Below are positions 25,959-33,952 of a stretch of DNA of 33,952 nt, piece after piece. The first letter of the stretch is position 1. Each line of letters opens with the position of its first letter. The translations under genes and the position numbers were made by a program. The notes under the pieces are model-generated. The model saw only the letters and a list, made by a program, of their open reading frames with translations. It did not search any database and was not told the origin of the DNA. The stretch spans positions 350,536-384,487 of the forward strand of contig NW_014577088.1 of the NCBI RefSeq assembly GCF_000485595.1, in the 5' to 3' direction. Source of the stretch: Priapulus caudatus (taxonomy: Eukaryota).

Positions 25959-26678
25959 GATATACAAAATGTCCAATAATATGAATAACTAACTCTATAG
26001 ATTTAAAAGTAACAACACAAGTTACAACACAAAGACTATTTTAAAAAACAAATCACTAAAACAGGATAAAAAAATTCTACCCTCTGAATTTCAGGTGTGT
26101 CAGTCAGCGCAATATTTACGATACACTTGTGCTTTTTTTCATATATTATTTATAAGACTAGTGATGATCGCGATAGTAGAAGTTTTGAAATATATAGTTA
26201 TGTGCATAGAAATAATATACTAGTTAGGTGTGTCTCTATACATTTCTATTGTTCTGTGCATCAGCAATTGTATTTAGCTGGGTGACTCTTACTGTCACTC
26301 TAACTCGTGCTAATGTTACATCGACACAGTGATGGTAGCACGAGTTTCTTCTAACGAAGACCCGCACCGACGCTTTTTGTTAGATACGATATGGGCGCTG
26401 TTGAGATGCTATCATATTGATATGATACACCGGCAGTAACCAATTCTGGCGTGGCGTCGGCGGGAGTCGAGTTGACACCGTTTTTTCCACACTCTATCTC
26501 TTTTTGCTGAGTGCTAAGCAGAGAAGCAGTGTGTACCATTTTTCAAACCTATGGTAGAGCTATATATGATATGCTATATCAGATGCGCTGTTGCTCCTTT
26601 TTGTCTACAAAGACATTTCTTTTAGCTACGAGACCAATATGGGAAAAATTGTGCGATACGAGCCCATGCAGGAGGAAT

Positions 26679-27170
26679 CCCGGGGTGGGGGCACTCCATA
26701 TATATTGCATGGTAGGTATGCGCCGCGGGAGAGACCCCTATTTTCAACCCTAAACTTCCGTTCCAGTGCATCGCATTTTTAAGAATATCTCGTTCCAGAG
26801 CATCACAAGTTTAGTTACCATGCAGATCTTACATTTTTGCCGTTCCGGAGACCCTAGTTTTTAACATTTCCCATTTGATTCTCATGCATACATCGAGACT
26901 CGAGTGCAGCACTTCTGCCATCGTCATGTCAGTGTCGACAACCGGAACGCAGTGCCTGTGCCACTCGGGGGTGCCACTGGTCATGGTGGTGGTCGTTGCT
27001 ATCGTATCTGGAGCCAGTTCCAGAGCATCCCACATTCAACAAACATTAGTTCCAGAGACCCCCATTTTCAGGTCTGAGTTAGTTCCAGAGCGCCCCATTT
27101 TTGACTTCGCAGTGGCACATACCTACCATAATGTGGGGTGAGTGCCCCCCCCCCCACCACCACCACCGGG
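26679..27170. mobile_element. Non-autonomous DNA transposon, CCCGG termini, 8-bp TSD
   Basis: TSD ggaggaat at 26671-26678 and 27171-27178; TIR cccggggtgggggcactc / gagtgccccc...ccggg; subterminal IR atggtaggtatg / catacctaccat; repeated internal gttccagag motif. Confidence 0.85.
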
Positions 27171-27592
27171 GGAGGAATCGAACCGCGATTTGCTTTTGCG
27201 TGGTATAAAAGGCTTCATGATTTAAACGTATTCAGTGTACATTTTTAATATTACGCTAGATATATATAATGCATTAAATAACAATCATTTGTTTCAATTA
27301 AAATTATTTAGACAAGTAAGGAAAAGTGTTTGAAACGCTACACAATTATTTACATATAATTTTGAACTGCGCTGCAATAAATTTTCTAGATACATATAAA
27401 AAACAATTTTAAATTATAAATTAGACTTTAGGATATTTCGACTAGTATATAGTTTTTTTTAATGCGTTCTCTAATTTCCGTTATTTTTAAAAGCTTATTA
27501 TTTTGCCAGTTGGTTATATTACATTTTTTATGTTTGAAAAACATAGTACAGACACAAAACTATGTGTGTATTGGTAATGTGTGTATTGGTAA

Positions 27593-27674
<82 letters not shown>
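27593..27674 (+). repeat. (TG)n microsatellite running into gap 27675-28408
   Basis: Near-perfect TG tract. Confidence 0.95.
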
Positions 27675-28507
27675 NNNNNNNNNNNNNNNNNNNNNNNNNN
27701 NNNNNNNNNNNNNNNNNNNNNNNNNNNNNNNNNNNNNNNNNNNNNNNNNNNNNNNNNNNNNNNNNNNNNNNNNNNNNNNNNNNNNNNNNNNNNNNNNNNN
27801 NNNNNNNNNNNNNNNNNNNNNNNNNNNNNNNNNNNNNNNNNNNNNNNNNNNNNNNNNNNNNNNNNNNNNNNNNNNNNNNNNNNNNNNNNNNNNNNNNNNN
27901 NNNNNNNNNNNNNNNNNNNNNNNNNNNNNNNNNNNNNNNNNNNNNNNNNNNNNNNNNNNNNNNNNNNNNNNNNNNNNNNNNNNNNNNNNNNNNNNNNNNN
28001 NNNNNNNNNNNNNNNNNNNNNNNNNNNNNNNNNNNNNNNNNNNNNNNNNNNNNNNNNNNNNNNNNNNNNNNNNNNNNNNNNNNNNNNNNNNNNNNNNNNN
28101 NNNNNNNNNNNNNNNNNNNNNNNNNNNNNNNNNNNNNNNNNNNNNNNNNNNNNNNNNNNNNNNNNNNNNNNNNNNNNNNNNNNNNNNNNNNNNNNNNNNN
28201 NNNNNNNNNNNNNNNNNNNNNNNNNNNNNNNNNNNNNNNNNNNNNNNNNNNNNNNNNNNNNNNNNNNNNNNNNNNNNNNNNNNNNNNNNNNNNNNNNNNN
28301 NNNNNNNNNNNNNNNNNNNNNNNNNNNNNNNNNNNNNNNNNNNNNNNNNNNNNNNNNNNNNNNNNNNNNNNNNNNNNNNNNNNNNNNNNNNNNNNNNNNN
28401 NNNNNNNNCCCCCTCCCCGGGACGTAGGCCTACTGTCTAACACAGCTCCTTGGTGCCACGCGATGGAGAAGTTTAATAAGCGCAGATATAAATATCTATG
28501 GTTCGAT

Positions 28508-28550
28508 CACTGAGCTGTATATAATAACAGTTATTATATACAGCTCAGTG
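28508..28550. mobile_element. 43-bp perfect palindrome, probable minimal MITE
   Basis: cactgagctgtatataataac-a-gttattatatacagctcagtg (21-bp arms), flanked by near-TSD ggttcgat / ggtttcgat. Confidence 0.65.
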
Positions 28551-28599
28551 GGTTTCGATAAATATAAAATAAGTCAAAAGCAAATCTAACGCGACGAAT

Positions 28600-28807
28600 T
28601 ATGACGTCATGTAAGTAAAATGGTTTCTATTGGGTGGCAGTTAACTGTAAAGCTCGAAGCCTCGAAGGCTCGAAGCGATAATCAAAGATGTCTGCGCCCT
28701 GTGATATTTCGTGCTTGTGACATGAATTTAATCTCTTTCAATGCGGAGTAGGTCCTTCATGCTTACCTACCCCCTAATTTTAACAGCATATAACAGCCGA
28801 AATAATC
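28600..28807 (+). promoter_or_regulatory. Putative GTPBP10 proximal promoter / 5' UTR with full CRE site
   Basis: TGACGTCA at 28602-28609 and three ctcgaag motifs at ~28652-28676, immediately upstream of the inferred ATG. Positional inference only. Confidence 0.35.
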
Positions 28808-28846
28808 ATGGTTTTAATTGGACGCACTTTGACTGCGGCGAGTAAG
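28808..28846 (+). CDS. GTPBP10: GTPBP10 coding exon 1 (MVLIGRTLTAASK)
   Basis: ATG in good context (atcATGG), 13 codons ending AAG|gtagga at phase 0, matching the phase-0 acceptor at 31166. Resembles the short MV...K first exon of vertebrate GTPBP10 as I recall it. Inferred, not in the ORF track. Confidence 0.7.
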
Positions 28847-29150
28847 GTAGGAAATATGTTCCTGCAAACTACAGTACGGTAGTACTAGTAGAGTACGGGC
28901 TCATACTACTACTACTACTACCTACTAGTACTAGTACTACTAGTAGTAGTACTACAATTTACAAACCCATATGATCCCTTACCCATGCCTTGATCCTTGA
29001 GCTAAGCTCTTCTGTCAGTTCTGAGTCTTTCGTATCGTACTGGTAGCCAGGCACTAGTCTCACAGCTGTGAGACTCGGCTGCTCTGCTTTTCACTGTGAA
29101 TGACCTGAGCCACAGGCTGGAGAACCAAGAACAAGTACTGATATGAAGTA

Positions 29151-30451
29151 GACGTACCACAATAAACTACTTTATAAATTAAATTACGATGCCACAAGAG
29201 GGAAGACTGGGATGGATTCAAAAATGGGTGACAAAAAGAAAAAAGACACCAAATTGTAGTGTTAGATGGTAAACACTCAAGAAAAGTACCCGTCAAATCA
29301 GGAGTCCCCCAGGGAACATTCCTTGGTCCTCTCCTGTTCCTCGTTTTCATAAACGACATATGTAATGACATCAACTCAACACTCCGGCTGTTTGCAGATG
29401 ACTGTCTCACCTACAACCCCATTAAAAGTGCAGCTGATACAGAGCTTCTTCAAAAGGACCTTGACAAACTGGTTCAGTGGTCCAATACCTGGCAAATGTC
29501 TTTCAATCCGAAAAAGTGCACCAACCTCTCGATATCAAGGAAACATACCCCAATAAAACAGACCTGGGAACCAAGCTCAAAGGGGAGAAACATCAACTCT
29601 ACCTCGGCATGAGGCTCACTGATGACCGCTCCTGGTCTACCCACATCAGCCGGTTGAAAGGAAAGGCAACCCGGGCCCTCAACTTCATCTGCAGGAACCT
29701 TGTAGGATGCCCAGAACCTGTAAAAGAGATGGCCTACAAAGCATGCTTGAGGCCAAGTCTCGAGTATGCAAGTAGTGTCTGGGATCCACACTCTCAGAAG
29801 GACATCTCTTCCTTGGAGAAAGTGCACAGACAAGCAGCACGCTTCGTAATGGGAAATTACCAGCAAACTGAGAGTGTCACACAAATCATCGCAAACCTAC
29901 AATGGCCCTCCTTGCAAGAGCGCAGATTCGTCAACCGACAGATCCTATTCTGGAAAACAATTAACGGACAGGCAACAGTGGACATTCCATCCTCCCTCAC
30001 CAAAAGCACCAGCATATGCCGCGGCACACACCGGCTCACATACAACAACATCAGAACCTGGACAGATCGTTACAGGTACAGCTTCTTTCCAAGAACCATC
30101 AGAAGCTGGAACCTGCTACCAGAGTCGCTGCTCACTAATCTAACAGCACAGTAGTTCACCAGGTCTCTGTGGCAAAACATTGAGTCAGGCAGTATCATTG
30201 TCAAGCCACCTCGAGGAAGCGAAACACATCTCCGGCTGGGCAACTACAATAGCTCTCAACAGCCCATTGCCGTATGCTAAAGTCGCACTCAGTGATGAGT
30301 GCCTGGCCCAGAGAAGCCTTGATCTCTGGAACACGTTACTGTTTATATGTAAAAATTCCCTAGTCTAATCTTTCACATGCATCTAGAGTTGTGCACTCCC
30401 TTGACGTTATTCCTCACGAACTGTCCAGTATAAAAGTAGAAGTAGAAGTAG
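29151..30451 (+). mobile_element. 5'-truncated non-LTR retrotransposon (CR1/L2-group LINE) in GTPBP10 intron 1
   Basis: RT motifs: VP..KLLYKL, SGVPQGTFLGPLLFLVFIND, LFADDC, LQKDLDKLVQWSNTWQMSFNPKKC, RPSLEYASSVWDPH, LEKVHRQAARFV, SFFPRTIRSWNLLP. A ~280 bp 3' UTR ends in an (AGTAGA)n tail at ~30433-30451. Confidence 0.92.
29259..30154 (+). pseudogene. Frameshifted reverse transcriptase (ORF2) remnant
   Basis: RT homology is split between ORFs 29259-29612 and 29477-30154, with the frame switch near 29570-29600. No endonuclease domain or ORF1. Confidence 0.9.
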
Positions 30452-31165
30452 TACAACTGTGGCCCCAAAAATTTAATTCCATAAATTCACTGGGCCGTTA
30501 TGATCTATTTACTATCATGTTCACTAGTCTATTGCCAATGACATTGGTGTGGTGGCTGAAGTGGGGTTTGTTTGCTAAGTGGCGAAATCACCGAGGGCTA
30601 TATATTACTAGTGCTAGTGTTGTGCCTACTCTAGCCCATACACATTTTCATTGTACACTCGATTATTTTTCTGTCTTGCCTCGCTTTTCCACTTTCCCCA
30701 CTCTTCCCCCCCCCCCTATTCTGTCACCAATTATCCAATAATGAAGGCTAGTATTGCGTGCTTCGTTGGCAAAACTGATGTTGCAGTACTAGTGGTAGTT
30801 ACCTCCGCCCAACGGAGTTGGAGGAGGTTATGTGATCGGTCTCGTGTGTTCTCGCGATCGATATTAGCACGTCGAGTCAGCGAGCCAGCCAGCCAGCCAG
30901 CCAGCAGCAGGCCAGTCAGTCAGCAGCAGCCAGCAGCGAGCGGCGAGCCAGCTCGTAACACATACATGTTACATGGGGCGTATGGCGTATGTTGCTGGCG
31001 GAGGTATGCACTCTCCGTGAGTGCCCTGTCTAGTTGTAAATGAGCCTCTAATCACACCTTTTACATTCAAGAGCTATACAATGGTGCTGACATCATTACA
31101 GTTAATTGGTGTTTAGCCTGACATTTCTAGCATGTTCGAGCGCACATGTTCTATATGTTTTCCAG

Positions 31166-31401
31166 ACTGGTTCCCATGTTGGTGGAGGAAAGTTTGCAAA
31201 AATTAGATCGAAATTTGTTGATACACTGAGGATCTATGTTCGTGGTGGACCTGGAGGCATGGGCTTACCTCGACAAAGTGGAGTTGGTGGCAAAGGAGGT
31301 GCCGTGTATGTTCAAGCTACACATCAGATAACGTCATTGAAGGCAGTGAAAGATGCATTTCCTGAAAAGCGCTTCGTAGGTGGAGCTGGTGGCAACAGCA
31401 A
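31166..31401 (+). CDS. GTPBP10: GTPBP10 coding exon 2 (Gly-rich Obg fold)
   Basis: tttccag| acceptor; [49 protein letters not shown]...[11 protein letters not shown]; donor AA|gtatgt (phase 2). FVD-x-LR...GG-x-GG-x-G is the Obg N-terminus. Confidence 0.93.
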
Positions 31402-31560
31402 GTATGTAATCCATAATTTTTCATAAACTAATTTCACATGTGTGCATACAATTGTGCATGCTCACATATTTGAGTGTATTGAAGTGCATCTATGTAATCT
31501 GTGTACATATGTGTTGGATTGTAATTTTAAAATAGATATAATTAACTATTGCAATTCCAG

Positions 31561-31652
31561 ATCCAGAAAAATATTAGGGGAGAGAGGAAAGGATGTGCTG
31601 ATCCCTGTTCCATTGGGAGTGACTGTTATGACAGATAATTGTCTAATGATTG
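31561..31652 (+). CDS. GTPBP10: GTPBP10 coding exon 3
   Basis: attccag| acceptor; (K)SRKILGERGKDVLIPVPLGVTVMTDNCLMI(G); donor G|gtaagt; contains the Obg motif G-x-D-x-x-I-x-VP-x-G; 92 nt. Confidence 0.95.
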
Positions 31653-32037
31653 GTAAGTAATAGCCAATTGTCATGCATTTACTACAGCATTACCTAATGT
31701 AGTACTACTATCTAAATAAGAATTAATGAATTTTAATGCATATAGCTAGTATAGTAATATCGTCGAAGCTCAAGGTTTACTTGGGCCTACTGTTATATAG
31801 AGGTAGGTTCAGAAGAAAATTGGTTGGGCAAAGGAGTTGCAGAGTATAATGCTAATAACTTGAAGAGTAGTAGGATACTATGAACCAACAAAGTAGAAAA
31901 AAAGCGTCATGCATGCTCAGGTATTACTAATAGTGATGAAAATAATTGACCCTTTTTTTATCATATTTTTCTGTATCCACCTCAAATTTTTTTTCGTCTG
32001 TTAAAACACAAGAAGCTAAACAATTATGCACATAGAT

Positions 32038-32552
32038 CAGGGTCTTCCTCAGGAATTTCAGAAGGCATGTCATTTATGAAGAAATGGGAGAGGGCCAGCG
32101 AGGGGAGTGCACCAGTTGGAGTAAATTGTGCATGTCATATGTGGTCCCTATACACAGATAAACTCGATCAATTCGGAGACATATACATCAAGCTGTAAAG
32201 ACACAAGATATACATATCTGATATTATACAAGGCTCTCCCCCGGTCTATGGGCCCTATGCATATGGGGTCCAACATGCCTTTAAAGCTGAAACTAATTTG
32301 TGGCATCCCATGAATGCTCTGACATGCCTTAATTGCCTAATCAACTTGCGTCAATTACCAGGTGCATTTACTTTTGATAGTCCCAACTCGAGTCATGCTG
32401 TGGTTTCACAGCTTGATGTATAAATCTCTGAACTTATCAAGTTTACCTGTGTATCATATGTGGGCCACTCATGACATATGTATTGGTTCAACCCCCTCCT
32501 GGGCTCTTCCCTGTCTGTCCACAACCAACATGAAATTCCTAGGAAGAACGCA
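32038..32552. mobile_element. Degenerate MITE in GTPBP10 intron 3
   Basis: Imperfect TIR cagggtcttcctcaggaatttca vs tgaaattcctaggaagaacgca; no clean TSD. Confidence 0.5.
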
Positions 32553-32673
32553 CACAATCACGCATGCACGCATGCATGCATGCACACACACACACATATA
32601 CATATGACATACATATATAAAAAATCATATAGCTCGATCATGATTACTACATAATTATCTCCCATGAATTTAG

Positions 32674-32818
32674 GTGAGGTCCTAGAGGATAAAGATAAAC
32701 TTCTAGTGGTTCCAGGAGGAGAAGGCGGTGCTCCTCAAAATGGTTGGAATGGCTTGAAGGGAAAGGCTATAAATCTGACACTAGATTTAAAAGTCATTGC
32801 TGATATTGGACTAGTTGG
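32674..32818 (+). CDS. GTPBP10: GTPBP10 coding exon 4
   Basis: atttag| acceptor; (G)EVLEDKDKLLVVPGGEGGAPQNGWNGLKGKAINLTLDLKVIADIGLV(G); donor GG|gtaaat; LDLK-x-IAD-x-GLVG leads into the G1 motif. Translated by hand; 145 nt. Confidence 0.95.
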
Positions 32819-33040
32819 GTAAATTAATTTATACTTCTTCGCCATAAACTACCTTTAGTTAGTTACTTGCTGTATAATATTTATGTACAGTTTATCAGCT
32901 TACTTATTGTCTATATTGTTGTTGGTTTTTGTTATAAGTGATAGATAACATTTATAATTTATTAATGTGCACATTTAGATGGCCTTTGTGACTTTTCACA
33001 AGAGGTATTATTGATGCTGATTTGATATCAATTCATATAG

Positions 33041-33114
33041 GTTTCCTAATGCCGGTAAATCGACCTTGCTGAAGGCCATCTCTGGAGCAAAACCCAAAAT
33101 TGCTAATTATCCAT
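33041..33114 (+). CDS. GTPBP10: GTPBP10 coding exon 5 (G1 P-loop)
   Basis: catatag| acceptor; (G)[24 protein letters not shown]; donor T|gtaagc; GFPNAGKS is the Obg G1 motif; 74 nt. Confidence 0.97.
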
Positions 33115-33318
33115 GTAAGCTATAATTTCAGAAGTGGATTATATAATTTATCTTACTTATCTTACATATTATGGTCTTATTATGTCCATTTTGATAATAT
33201 TGTAATATGTCTAAATACAATTAACTTACAAGAAATGTTCACTTCATGTACAACACAGATTCAGTTTGATTTATGTAATAGAAACAAAAATAACAATTCT
33301 GTATTGTTATTGGTTTAG

Positions 33319-33371
33319 TTACAACGATGAGACCAGAAATTGGTACAATAAAATACGAGGATTTTCGACAG
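33319..33371 (+). CDS. GTPBP10: GTPBP10 coding exon 6 (G2/switch I)
   Basis: gtttag| acceptor; (F)TTMRPEIGTIKYEDFRQ, completing YPFTT; donor CAG|gtatag; 53 nt. Confidence 0.95.
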
Positions 33372-33616
33372 GTATAGTACATTTAGCTGCTATGAACTAC
33401 ATTTTATTTGTCAAATTTAATCATTTAAAATTGTAGAATTACTCCTGTAATCAAGAATAATATTGTTCCAATAACTGGTCATGCAGATATGGCAATTAAA
33501 CTATTTGTAAACAAAATAATGCGAGCCATTCTTTCTTTATCAATTCATATCATGAAAAAGTTACATCCGGAGTCAATCTTTACCTTTCAACTAACTGGCC
33601 AATCTCTTGCTGTAAG

Positions 33617-33802
33617 ATAACCGTGGCTGACCTGCCAGGTCTGATAGAGGGTGCTCACATCAATATTGGGCTTGGCTACAAGTTCCTGAAGCATGTGGAG
33701 CGCACCAAGCTGCTGCTTCTAGTGGTTGACATCAATGGCTTTCAGCTCAGCCAGAAGAACTACCATCGGAGTGCTATTGAGACAGTCCTCTTGCTGAATA
33801 AG
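33617..33802 (+). CDS. GTPBP10: GTPBP10 coding exon 7 (G3); gene continues beyond the window
   Basis: tgtaag| acceptor; [62 protein letters not shown]; donor AAG|gtcagt. DLPGLIEGA is G3; VVDIxGFQL is characteristic of GTPBP10 rather than MTG2/GTPBP5. Confidence 0.97.
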
Positions 33803-33818
33803 GTCAGTGAGACCAATG

Positions 33819-33934
33819 CATCACTATTATCTTGATACTCCTGAAGTCAGTGTCACTACTTCTTTGTGACCTTATACATCACTATTATCTTGATACTCCT
33901 GAAGTCAGTGTCACTACTTCTTTGTGACCTTATA
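33819..33934 (+). repeat. Exact 58-bp tandem duplication in GTPBP10 intron 7
   Basis: catcactattatcttgatactcctgaagtcagtgtcactacttctttgtgaccttata begins at 33819 and again at 33877. Confidence 0.95.
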
Positions 33935-33952
33935 CTTGGTCACATATGTAGC

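Noticed and set aside
26293..26548. Minus-strand ORF MVHT...VGAGLR* with an open +1 frame, as an ODC antizyme frameshift
   Set aside because: The site is CGT-TAG rather than TCC-TGA, and no antizyme ORF2 motif (LLEFAEE-like) was found downstream.
27171..27190. GGTTCGATTCC B-box on the minus strand suggesting a tRNA or SINE
   Set aside because: The T-stem does not pair, and no A-box or cloverleaf can be built.

Overview
Repeat-rich animal (probably invertebrate) genomic DNA from a draft assembly with four N-gaps. The only confidently identified host gene is the 5' part of GTPBP10 (ObgH2, an Obg-family GTPase): seven phase-compatible GT-AG coding exons on + from 28808 to 33802, continuing past the window end. 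Intron 1 holds a 5'-truncated, frameshifted CR1/L2-group LINE. The rest is microsatellites, a 42-43 bp minisatellite and several non-autonomous DNA transposons (MITEs). These include two unrelated MITEs with internal TTAGGG repeats, a TTAA-flanked Kolobok-like element, a CCCGG-terminated element with an 8-bp TSD, and a 43-bp perfect palindrome upstream of GTPBP10. The region ~6280-18525 is an indel-riddled tandem duplication split by exactly 25 Ns, most likely a long-read gap-filling or haplotype artefact. I found no well-supported novel biological system; the best leads are the telomeric-repeat MITEs and a weakly supported divergent minus-strand spliced transcript.
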